Of a DNA stretch of 64,000 nt, positions 15,201-25,548 are shown in pieces; positions within the stretch are counted from its first letter, which is position 1; each line of letters opens with the position of its first letter. Source of the DNA: Eledone cirrhosa (lineage: Eukaryota). The stretch lies in NCBI GenBank assembly GCA_964016885.1, contig CAXHJY010000184.1, positions 124,001-188,000 on the forward strand, read 5' to 3'. A model generated the notes under the pieces. That model searched no databases and was not told the origin of the DNA. It was given only the letters and a program-made list of their open reading frames with translations. The translations under genes and the position numbers were made by a program.

Positions 15201-17260
15201 TTGTAACAAAGCACACCACAGCACATTAATCTACCTCAATGAACAGCATAACCATACTTCACTATATGGTAATTTATTACAGAACACATACTCCTACCAT
15301 TTACATCACATGGACATTAATGTGACAAATTTGCTACTTGCATTTCTTTTTTTTTTTTGTGGTTACCACCTCAAACTAACATCAAAGGTGCTTGCAAATG
15401 ACTATTTTCCCACACATTATCAATGAATATGACATGGGAATCTATCGTTTACAATTGGTTTCTATTTCATAAGTTCACCAAACCAAACCACACCATACCA
15501 AGTTACACCATACTACATCACACCAAGCTATTGATGTTGGTGTGAAAAATTTTCTTTCCATTTCCTTTTTTTTTTGTGTGTGTGCTTACCACCCAATCTG
15601 ACATTAAAGGTGCTCCGAATTGACTATTTTTTTTTCCACTTATCAATAAATATGACATGGAAACCTGTCGAAAATGACTATCTTTGTAGAAACTTCACCA
15701 AATCACACCAAGATATTGATTTTGGTGTGACAAATTTTCATCTGGCATTTTTTTTTTTTTTTTTGCTTACCACCCAATTTGACATAAAAGGTGCTCGCAA
15801 ATTACTATTTTATGAACATATTATCAATGGTTATGACATGGAAACCTGATGAAAATGACTAGTTTTGTAGAAAAAAGAGGGAGGATGTTGGTGGAAATAC
15901 CATTTAAAAAGCTAGTCATTTTTTATTGCAGTGGAAGTCATATTTTTTGTTAATATGCTAAAAGCATAGTCCACTGCGAGCTTCTTGGAAGTTGATAACG
16001 CAGGCAAAAATGAATGAAAAATTTTTTTTTCTAACATAAATCAAAGTGGAAATTTAAATCCTCACTTATAACAAAGCACACCACAGCACATTAATCTACC
16101 TCAATCCACACCATAACCATACTTCACTATATGGTAATTTATTACAGAAGACATACTCCTACCATTTACATCACTTGGACATTAACGTGACAAATTTGCT
16201 ACTTGCGTTTTTTTTCTTTTTGTGGTTACCACCTCAAACTAACATCAAAGGTGCTTGCAAATGACTATTTTCCCACACATTATCAATGAATATGACATGG
16301 GAATCTATCGTTTACAATTGGTTTCCATTTCATAACTTCACCAAACCAAACCACACCATACCAAGTTACACCATACTACATCGCACCAAGCTATTGATCT
16401 AGGTGTGAAAAATTTTCTTCCCATTGCCTTTTTTTTTTGTGTGTGTGCTTACCACCCAATCTGACATTAAAGGTGCTCCGAATTGACTATTTTTTTTTCC
16501 ACTTATCAATAAATATGACATGGAAACCTGTCGAAAATGACTATCTTTGTAGAAACTTCACCAAACCACACCATACTACATCACACCAAGATATTGAGTT
16601 TGGTGTGACAAATTTTCACCTGGCAATTTTTTTTTTTGTGTTTTCCACCCAATTTGACATAAAAGGTGCTCGCAAATTACTATTTTATGCACATATTATC
16701 AATGGTTATGACATTGAAACCTGATGAAAATGACTAGCTTTGTAAAAAAAGGAGGGAGGATGTGGGTGGAAATACCATTTACAAAGCTAGTCATTTTTTA
16801 TTGCAGCGGAAGTCATATTTTTTGTTAATATGCTAAAAGCATAGTCCACTGCGAGCTTCTTGGAAGTTGATAACACATGCAAAAATGAATGAAACATTTT
16901 TTTTCTAACATAAATCAAAGTGGAAATTTAAATCCTCACTTATAACAAAGCACACCACAGCACATTAATCTACCTCAATCCACACCATAACCATACTTCA
17001 CTATATGGTAATTTATTACAGAACACCTACTCCTACCATTTACATCACACCAATGCTCACAGTTGACTATTTTTTTCACATATTATGAATGAATATAACT
17101 TTGAAACCTATCGTCAATGATTAGCTTTGTAGAAAAATGAAGGCAGAAAGTGGGTGGAAAAACCATTCACAAAGCTAGTCATTTTTAATTGCAGTGGAAA
17201 TCATATTTGTTGTTAATATGCTAAAATAATAGTCAATTGCAAGCATTTTGGAGGTCGGAT
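3300..17260. repeat. ~864-bp macrosatellite: 15 full units plus degenerate partial ends, arranged as an A/B dimer (~1,727 bp)
   Basis: The landmark tgtagaaaaaagagggaggatgt (minor variants) occurs at 3781, 4646, 5508, 6373, 7231, 8097, 8960, 9826, 10689, 11554, 12412, 13278, 14143, 15001, 15866 and 16741, with a diverged copy at 17128. The recurring 91-aa ORFs mark A-type units. Confidence 0.97.
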
Positions 17261-17304
17261 TAGTCGATAGGACATAAAAAAAACAAAGGAAAACAAAAAT
17301 TGTC

Positions 17305-17400
17305 TATATGTTCCTGTGGAAAGTCGGGTTTTCTGTGTGACGCCAGAGGTCATGGTCGTGTGTCATTGCCCTTGAGAGGTGCAATTAGGAAAGCTCGGCT
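17305..17400 (-). mobile_element. Small RTE LINE fragment (end of ORF), related to the copy at ~19.3-19.4 kb
   Basis: Minus translation AELS*LHLSRAMTHDHDLWR parallels ADLAQLHL*KAMTQDQDLWR at ~19425-19365. Confidence 0.65.
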
Positions 17401-17442
17401 TATAAATATTTACTTCTGCATTCACAGATTGATTTTTTTTTT

Positions 17443-17494
17443 AGTTTCAGAAGATCCCATTAAGGGTGAAAGCAGCCAATTCTTTGCTTAAACT
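17443..17494 (+). ncRNA. Type I hammerhead ribozyme-like motif (variant core), copy 1
   Basis: AGTTT-CAGAAGA-TCCCATTAAGGGT-GAAA-GCAGCCAATTCTTTGC-TT-AAACT gives stem I AGUUU/AAACU, stem II CCC/GGG, stem III AGCA/UGCU and NUH=CUU. The core has U4->A relative to CUGANGA. Confidence 0.4.
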
Positions 17495-17819
17495 TTAATC
17501 TGTTATTTTAATAAATATTTGCTCTACGGTTCTTATATATTTGATATATATTTATCCTTATCGAGCCCTCTTTGGATGTTAGCCTTCAAATTTATTATTA
17601 TTACTATTTGGCTCCCTTGATTGAGTACTCTATTGACTTATATTCATAATGCAGAAACATCTGAATATTTCTACAAAGAACATACCCGTACCAAGCAAGA
17701 AGAAATACCTAAAACTACGTCTCCACGAACCAAAGTATCGCCTTCCTGTCTTCTTTCGGTTGCAACGTTTTTCGAAATATTTACTTCTGCATTCATAGAT
17801 TGATTTTTTTTTCTTTTTT

Positions 17820-17871
17820 AGTTTCAGAAGATCCCATTAAGGGTGAAAGCAGCCGATTCTTTGCTTAAACT
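17820..17871 (+). ncRNA. Type I hammerhead ribozyme-like motif (variant core), copy 2
   Basis: Same as copy 1 apart from one change in the stem III loop (GCCGATT). Confidence 0.4.
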
Positions 17872-17995
17872 TTAATCTGTTATTTTAATAAATATTTGCT
17901 CTACGGTTCTTATATATTTGATATATATTTATCCCTATCGAGCCCTCTTTGGATTTTAGTCTTCATATGTATTATTATTACTGTGTGTGTACATA

Positions 17996-18340
17996 TTGAG
18001 AGCATTGGCTTTGCAATCGAAAGGTTGTGAGTTCAATTCTCACACCGGGTGATGTGTTGTTTCCTTGAGCAAGACACTTTATTTCACATTGCTCCAGTTT
18101 ACTCAGCTGTAGAAATGAGATGATAGGACTGGCAGTCGTGGAGGTGCCACGGCAAAAAAGCACCCAGCCCACACTGTAAAGTGGATGTGGAGTTGCCACG
18201 GGGAAAAAAGCACCCAGCACTCACTGTAAATGAGGTTGGTGTTAGGAACAGCATCCAGCTGTAGAAATCAAGCCAGAATCAGTTCCCATCCCACCCTTGC
18301 AAGCAGGGAAAAAGTGGACGTAAAATGAAATGATGATGAA
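17996..18340 (+). mobile_element. tRNA-derived SINE with CORE/Meta-like centre and RTE-type tail
   Basis: B-box-like gagttcaattc; centre tttccttgagcaagacacttt...cagctgtagaaatgag; tail ttggtgttaggaacagcatccagctgtagaa...atgatgatg. Confidence 0.8.
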
Positions 18341-18660
18341 TGCTCCCAGCTGTGGTCACCCCATAGTATCAAACTAACCACGGAACTTGAGAAAATCCAA
18401 CGAAGCTACACCAAGAGGATTGCACAATGAAGGAGATGAGCTACTGGGAGAGGCTAAAAGAACTGAAACTCTACCCTTCGGAATGAAGACGGGAGAGATA
18501 TGCAATGATATACATATGGAAAATCCTGCCGGGACTAAGACCAAACTTTCGCATTGAGGGCTGGACCAATTCTCGAACAGGACGTCACTGTGTGGTACCA
18601 AAGGTCCCGTCTTCCACATCTAGAATCAGGAGCAGCCTGGGATTCAAGGGCCCTCAACTT
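18341..18660 (+). mobile_element. CR1/L2-group LINE ORF2 3' fragment (decayed)
   Basis: Translates CSQLWSPHSIKLTTELEKIQRSYTKRI/MKEMSYWERLKELKLY..*RRERYAMIYIWKIL, the typical CR1 post-RT motif. Contains a frameshift and a stop. Confidence 0.85.
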
Positions 18661-18732
18661 GGTTTTCAAAATTTTAATTTGTGTTTCCTATTCATCAATG
18701 CTTCAAGCAAGCTATAAAACTCTATTATATTT

Positions 18733-19061
18733 CATCATCATCATCATCATTTATGTCAGTTCTTCTACGCTAGCATGGGTTGTCCTGTTGTGGGCAGTGT
18801 CCGGTCGGCTGACCTTGTCTTGATTTCTACAGCTGGATGCCCTTCCTAACACCAACTTAATTTACAGTGAGTGCTGGCTGTTTTTTTTTTGCCGTGGAAT
18901 GATAGGGACCCCAGTCCTATCATCTCATTTCTACAGCTGAGTAAACTGGAGCAATGTGAAATAAAGTGTCTTGCTCAAGGAAACAACACATCACTCAGTC
19001 CGAGAATTAAACTCACAACCTTTCAATTGCAAGCCCAATGCTCTAACCACTGAGCCATGTG
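18733..19061 (-). mobile_element. Second copy of the tRNA-derived SINE, inverted relative to 17996-18340
   Basis: Minus strand starts gcacatggctcagtggttagagc (A box) and ends in (ATG)n. About 75 bp of the core is an exact reverse complement of the first copy. Confidence 0.85.
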
Positions 19062-19973
19062 CGGTCAGGTGACCATGTCTTGCTCATAAAGAACTGATTT
19101 TGGCTTGGTTTCTACAGCTGGATGCCCTTCCTAATGCCAAGTTCATTTACAGTGAGTACTGGGTTTTTTTTGTTGTGATTCCTCCACGACTACTTTACAG
19201 TGTGGACTGGGTGTTTTTTACCGTGTCACCATCACGACCACTTTACAGTGTTTCGGCCTGTTCTCATGAAAGATATATTGGCGGGTGGGATGGAGTGGTG
19301 CATACTGTATGTATGTTTCAGCCTTGGCCTGTGGGAAGTTGGGGTTTCTGTATTACCTCATAACGCCAGAGATCTTGGTCCTGTGTCATTGCCTTTCAGA
19401 GATGCAATTGGGCAAGGTCGGCTTTTATCACTTCATCTCAAGTCTTTCTGGGACTTTATGTAGCTGTCATCCTTCATACGAATCACATGTCCATACCAAC
19501 ATAATTTCCTCTCCTGCACACAACATTTGATTCCTCTTATGCCTAGTTTCTCTTACAGTTTGTTTATGGTTTGCTGTTCGCGTATATTACTATTACACAT
19601 CCATCGGAGCATACAAGCTTCATTCCTTTCTAATCTACGCAAGTCTTCTACACACAGCACCCAGCTCTCACTACCATGCAACATTGCCGTTCATGTGCAC
19701 ACATCATACAGTCTACCTTTTATTCTGAGGGAAAAGCCTTTTGTATCCAGCTGTGGCAGTAGCTCCCTCAACTTCTTCCATCCCATCCTTTCAGAACACC
19801 CCCCCTCCGCTGCTAATTCGGTATTGTTTTTACCAAGTCCTCCCAGACTTTGATGTCACTTGTCCAACTGCTACATGTAAAGCCTACATTCTTAACTAAA
19901 CTTCCTGAGATCCCACTACATCTCTTGTGTACCTATAGTTTGCATATGGGGCGGAGGATGGAGTTTCTACCTA
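19062..19973 (-). mobile_element. RTE-clade LINE 3' fragment (family with Cys-rich insert), decayed, with 3' UTR
   Basis: Minus translation VGRNSI...C..*VHKRCSGISGSL....FTC, then WKKLRELLP...KGRLYDVC..AMLHGSESW...RLERNEACMLRWMC...WYGHVIRM, with internal stops. Confidence 0.9.
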
Positions 19974-20159
19974 CACCTCTCCTACATACACATACACACA
20001 TATATATACACACACTCACATATATATATATACTAGCCGAATTACCAGCGCCTTGCTGCGTTTCACTCATTTTTTTTGTAAGAAAATGATGATTGATTTT
20101 AAATCAGTGATATAATTTATGGAGAAAAACTCAATATTACTCAATGTAAAATATAATTG

Positions 20160-20280
20160 TTTCTACTTTAGGCACAAGGCCAGCAATTACCCAGTGCATT
20201 ACTGGTACTTTGCCTTTCATCCTTACGGGGTCGATAAAATAAAGTCAACCTCGGGATTTGAACTCAGATCGTAAAGGGAC
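20160..20280 (-). mobile_element. SINE fragment (Nin-domain-like) with an internal 29-bp inversion, nested in the Helitron-like element
   Basis: Matches 22281-22405 apart from the inverted centre; B-box-like gagttcaaatc on minus. Confidence 0.8.
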
Positions 20281-21014
20281 GTAACTATGCTGTAAAATAT
20301 AATGCATGAAAAATTGGAAAACATCATTTTTTTGTAATATATCAAATCAAAATTACATTATTAAATCTTATTCTTATTTTGTTTCTTGTAAATAATTTTT
20401 TTCAAAATATCAATTGAAACTTTTGTGAATAGGCATCATATCTTGTCATTTACCTATGGTTTAAGTTTCATATAAAATGAAAGGGAGAAGTTTTCAGCGG
20501 GGGTTTGTACCCCCGGGAAACCCTAATAGAGTCTTATAGTATTAAGGTGTCTTATAGTATTGAAATTTTGTGAATAGGCATCATATCTCTTCATTTATCT
20601 ATGGTTTAAATTGCATATAAATCGAACCGAAAAAACTTTCAGCGGGGATTTTGTGCCCTCTGGTGAACCCTAATAGAGGGTTTAACTCAGATTTAGGGTA
20701 TTGTAATTTTATTGAAATTTGCTGAAATGATGTGAATAGGCATCATATCTTGTCATTTACCTATGGTTTAAATTTCATATAAATCGAAGGCAAAGTATCA
20801 GCGGCGGTTTTGTGCCCCCGATGAACCCTTTGATTAAAATGAAATATACTTATACAAGTACCCTGGGCAATGTAGTTTCAGAATATATATGGTTATGGGG
20901 GTCTATCTCCAAAACCAGAGGATAAGTTCGTAAAATCTTGTTCCATTTATTGGCCAAACTTTTCACTATAGGGAGTTTAACTCCCATTAGGGTGTATTAA
21001 TATTATTGAAATTT

Positions 21015-21015
<1 letters not shown>

Positions 21016-21065
<50 letters not shown>

Positions 21066-21150
21066 CACACACACAAATATATATACACAAACACACACAC
21101 ACATATATATATATACACAAACACACACATATATATATGTATACACACAC
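21016..21150. repeat. Compound (CA)n/(TA)n microsatellite
   Basis: Read directly. Confidence 0.95.
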
Positions 21151-21404
21151 ATTTATATCTTTAGCAGAGCATTTTAATATTGCCACTCAATGAAAACCTT
21201 TTGTTTGGAATAAATGAATCTTGAAAATTAGGAGTGCCTGTCAGTGTGTATGTGTTTGACTACTTAGCATCAATTTACTACCCTCCCCTACCACCAGAAA
21301 ATACCACCATATTACATTGACAGTCAGCTTTTCTGATGATTTCCTCCGAATGAAACAGTTCTAGTCCTGTTGAAGCCATTTCTATATTAAATATATATAT
21401 ATAC

Positions 21405-22031
21405 TCTTGTAGCTGTTCCAGCCATCCGGCTGAGACCATGATTGGGCACTGCCCTTGTTGCTACACATTCTATCTCCAGCCTGTGTTGGCTGGCCATTAA
21501 TGTAAGAGGGAGTTTGTTGCTGCTGCCCTTAGGTTACCTTCGTACCGGGATCCTGGATAACAGGGTGTCAAGAAGTTTCTTGAAAATATCCACGACCACA
21601 CCATGTAGATCTCTCAAATCCCTCGGCAGTTTGTTGAAGAGTTGAGGGCCTTTGAACCCCAGTCTATTGCAATATCTGCTTCTTGTTCTAGATGTGGAAG
21701 ACGGGACCTTTGTCACCACACAGTGACGTCCTGTTCGGGGGTTGGTCCCGCTCTCAATACCAAAGTTTGGCGCTAGTCCCTCCAGGATTTTCCATATGTA
21801 TATCCCTGCGTATCTCTCCCGTCTTCGTTCCAAGGAGTAGAGTTTCAGTTCTTTTAGCCTCTCCTAGTAGCTCATCTCCTTCATTGTGCAATCCTCTTGG
21901 TGTAGCTTCGTTGGATTTTCTCAAGTTCCGTGGTTAGTTTGATACTATGGGGTGACCACAGCTGGGAGCAATAGTCCAGGCGGCTTAGGACAAATGGCCT
22001 TCATAGTATCAACATGGTCTCCCGGTCTCTT
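21405..22031 (-). mobile_element. CR1/L2-group LINE ORF2 3' fragment, longer near-identical relative of 18341-18660
   Basis: Minus translation RDRETMLIL*RPFVLSRLDYCSQLWSP...LERRRERYAGIYIWKILEGLAPNF...GPQLFNKLPRDLRD...FKKLLDTLL. Confidence 0.88.
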
Positions 22032-22280
22032 ATATAGAAAACCTCAAATAAAAAGTCAAGATTTGTTTCGATTTAACAGAGCAGAAAGAATTTGCGTCAG
22101 AATATTCCAACCAATCCAGCCTATATCAGCTGAATAAATATGTATATGGAGATATATATATACACACCCACATGCACATATATATATATATATATATATA
22201 CACTCAAACACACACATACATACACGCATGCATGCATACATGATGGCTGCCCATTGCACGATATACCATTATTAATAATT

Positions 22281-22405
22281 GTTTCTACGTTAGGCACAAG
22301 GCCAGCAATTACCCAGTGCATTACTGGTACTTTATTTTATCGACCCCGTAATGATGAAAGGCAAAGTTAACCTTGGCGGGATTTGAACTCAGAATGGCAA
22401 GGGCC
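22281..22405 (-). mobile_element. SINE fragment (Nin-domain-like centre, octopus-type)
   Basis: Minus strand reads gagttcaaatcccgccaaggttaactttgcctttcatcattacggggtcgataaaataaagtaccagt...ccttgtgcctaacgtagaaac. Confidence 0.8.
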
Positions 22406-22539
22406 GTATTATTAATTAATTCTATCGTGCAATGCCTGTGCGTGAAGATATTTTTTAAATGAGGAAAGACTGTGCACTGAGCCAATCCCACTCTCTGAGC
22501 GACAGTAGCTATAACCCGAAAAGAAGAAAATATCAACAT

Positions 22540-22950
22540 CATCGGTAACTACTGAGCCGCAGGTTTTATATCGGAGTTATCCCAGTTTCCTGAGTTGCCT
22601 TCTCCTAGAAGAATGCCCTGACAAAGGCTAGGGGTCCTTCACACCCAGTGGTTTAACCGCGCAATCGGGTGTCCAGCCCAATTATTTCTATGTCCCCGCG
22701 CATGTACATACACATGCACCCATGTATATTCACACATACATATACATACATATGTACATGTGTATATACATATTTACGCACTTTTGGATGGCCATTGACT
22801 CTTATGAGATCTTCCGCCCTTTGTCAGGTTTTGTTTTTTGTCCTGCAGGGTGTCCAAAATCACCCTCCTCACCAAGTAAACTTGGTGGGGTTGCCGGTTT
22901 AGTCGCCGACGACCCGACCATGTGACAGGTTGTACTGGGTTACATGTTAC
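22540..22950 (-). mobile_element. Two GC-richer fragments (22540-22690, 22775-22950) split by a microsatellite; possibly LINE 5'-UTR remnants
   Basis: The minus motif tctaggagaaggcaactc...ataaaacc resembles RTE 5' regions as I recall them. No ORF support. Confidence 0.3.
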
Positions 22951-22974
22951 TAATAGCACTCAAGAGTGACTCAA

Positions 22975-25441
22975 CATACATACATACATACTACATGATG
23001 GCTGCAAACTCGTGTTCAAGTATTGCCATCGCCCGATAAAATGTTCAAAAATGTGAAGCACAAATGTGACTCTTTAAACCAGCCAAATACTTGCACCCTC
23101 TGGCACACACATGGCAACTTTAGGCTTCCCCGAAACCTTCCATTGCTTTGTTCTGGCTGTATGTTCACATGTATCTTTCAAGACCTCCTATGCTTGTACA
23201 TTTTCAGATCATGATCTACATGAGGTCTACTGATATGACTTTATTCATGTCTAATCAAACCAGCTTTGCTCAGGCTGACTCGACCACAGTGCTGGCAAAC
23301 CAGATGATGTTCAACAGCAGGCAGTTCAGAACAGTCTCAATCCTCACCTTCCTTTTCAGTGTTAGGTGTTCTCTCCGACGAGTTTCAAAGTGTTCACCAC
23401 CTGACTTGATCAAACTTCACACGCTCGTCAGCCATTTTCTCCCATTCGTCAGATGAAATTCCAGCACAAGCCAAGGTGCCCCTGATACAGTCCCGATACC
23501 GCCATTTTGGTTTATGTGGTGGTCGCCTTCCTTCACACAGTTCTCCATAGAGAAGTTGTTTGGGAATACGATCATCAGACATCCGGACCACGTGACTGTA
23601 CCACCCCAACCGAAAGATTATGCTCTCTATAGTCACGCACCTGCTCCGTTCTAGAACTTCCAAATCACTGGCGAACATTTTCCACCACACCCCAAGTAAC
23701 TTATGAAGAGATTGTTGATGAAATCTCTCCAGTTCCTTGGGGTGCTTTCTGTATGTGACCCACGTTTCATAAACATAAAGTAAAGAGGAGACGACACAAG
23801 TCAGATACACTTTCACCTTGGTTTCGATAGTGATACCTCGTCTGGACCATAAACGTTGATGCAGCCGTCCAAAAGCATCACTGGCTTTCTTGATTCTTAA
23901 GGATATTTCATTATCATGTGTGCCTGAAGTGTTCAAAGTACTACCAAGGTAAACAAACTTGTCAGCAACTTTTAGCCTCTTTCCGTACATGTACACACTT
24001 GGTGCAGTGTACTCGTTTCCAGGTACTGGCTGATAGATCACAACAGTCTTTTCCAAGCTTATTGTGACGCCTAAAATGCTGCAGGCTGCAGAAAAAGAGT
24101 TCATAATAATCTGCATATCACTTTGTGAGTGTGCAAAAAGATCGCAGTCGTCTGCATACAAAAACTCTCGGATTATAGATGTTAATACTTTTGTGCTTGT
24201 ACCAAAGCGCCTGGTGTTGAACAACCTTCCTGAAGTGCGATACCTGATGTAAACCCCATGAGAACAATATTTGAATGCCATGAGAAACACTATCGTAAAA
24301 TATAAGGGAAACAGAATTGGAGCCGGAATGTCCCCCTGCTTCATTACATTTTCAACTGATATTGGTTCAGAGATGCTACCACCAATACTGACCAAAGCCT
24401 TCATGTCATCATGGAAAAGATGCAGAATCTTCTACCCTACCTTGGATTTTTTCCCACAATGCAGTTCGATTGACAGTGTCAAAGGCCTTTGTCAAGTCAA
24501 CAAAGACCTGGTAAAGGTCCATACATTGTTCGATACACTTTTCTTGCAGCTGCCGAGCAGAAACGATCATATCCACTGTTCCTCTTTCGTTTCTGAACCC
24601 ACACTGCGACTCAGGCAACACATTCAGAGCAACTCTTGGGATCAATCTATCCATCAATATTCGACACAACTTTACCAACTACTGAAAGAAGGGATATGAC
24701 ATTATAATTGCCACATTTGTCCTTGCCGTCCTTTACTTTATGGAGAATCACCATGAGCGCATCCTTTTTGTGGGACATTCTCATCTTGCCACACCATTTT
24801 CATGAGGTCAGTCAGGCGCTGCGTGAAGTTTTCACCACCACACTTCAAAACCGCTCCACTCAGACCATCCATACCAGGAGACTTACCACAGTTCAGCTTA
24901 TGCACAACAGAAGTCCCCTCTGCAAGAGAAGATACATTAGCCATCTCATATGCTTCACTGGTTCAATAGGAATGGAACAAAGGAAATCATCATCAACCTG
25001 GTTTAAGAGCTCATCAAAGTGATCTCTCTATCTGTCGAGTGTCTTTTGGGTCACGCAGTAATTGCTTGCCATCTTTCGATCTCAAAGGGGCCACTGGAGA
25101 GCTGAAAGGGCCATACACCTCTGTGAGTAGAAAGTGCGGCAGTTTCACATTGTTGCCGTCAGATGCCACTTGAACTTCATCTGCTTTGTTGCTCCACCAG
25201 GTATTTTGCATAGCCCTGAGTTTCACCTGCACTTCCTTCTTTACCTGTCTGTAACGCTCATAATTGTCACCAACAGAGCTACCACCTTTAAGAACTGCAT
25301 CAAGTGCCTTTTGTTTTCTGTCTAGCAGAGCCTTGACCTCCTGGTCATTCTCATCAAACCAGTCCTTGTTTTCTTGTGACAAAGCCAAGGACCTCTGCTG
25401 AAGCCTCATAGACCGAGCTCCTGAAGTCCTTCCAGTTGTTC
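22975..25441 (-). mobile_element. 5'-truncated RTE (BovB-like) LINE: linker, reverse transcriptase, C-terminal C2H2 fingers, 3' stem-loop and (TATG)n tail; frameshifted
   Basis: ORF pieces DWFDEND, GKSPGMDG, LPESQCGFR...FVDLTKAFDTVNR, KQGD..AP.LF, FLYADD, FVYLGS, LLYGEL..GRR. Flanked on both sides by (CATA)n. Confidence 0.95.
23394..24404 (-). pseudogene. Largest remaining open segment of the RTE reverse transcriptase
   Basis: 336-aa ORF containing YADD and FVYLGS. Upstream RT motifs lie in other frames, so it is not intact. Confidence 0.9.
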
Positions 25442-25548
25442 TCATACACGCATACATACTTACATATATACATGTATGCATACATCCATACATACATGTA
25501 TACACACATACATACATCCATCCATCCATACATGTATACATACATACA
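25442..25548. repeat. (CATA)n-type degenerate microsatellite
   Basis: Read directly. Confidence 0.9.

Larger units (their letters stand above)
17406..17982 (+). repeat. Two ~200-bp direct repeats (17406-17604 and 17777-17982), each ending in (ATT)n; Penelope pseudo-LTR or retrozyme-like
   Basis: atatttacttctgcattca...gagccctctttggat...tattattattact is present twice at high identity. The duplication is seen directly; the element class is inference. Confidence 0.85.
20033..21160 (-). mobile_element. Non-autonomous Helitron-like element with three internal ~145-160-bp tandem repeats and a (CA)n/(TA)n microsatellite near the far end
   Basis: Minus strand ends ...cagcaaggcgctg gtaattcgg CTAG|T (short hairpin, CTAG, T). 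The repeat gtgaataggcatcatatct occurs at 20425, 20570 and 20732. The 5' TC end was not located. Confidence 0.55.

Noticed and set aside
4354-16724. Repeated 91-102-aa ORF as a tandem gene family
   Set aside because: Non-ATG starts, frame depends on poly-T length, absent from B units, and no recognisable domain.
17996-19061. tRNA genes at the A/B-box motifs
   Set aside because: No complete cloverleaf; the motifs continue into SINE core and tail sequence.
22236-22252. catacatgatggctgc matching the extreme RTE tail
   Set aside because: Only about 13-16 bp next to a microsatellite, without the hairpin; too short to call.
20977-22925. Short ORFs rich in YI/CV/HT
   Set aside because: They are translations of (CA)n/(TA)n microsatellites or antisense frames of LINE fragments.
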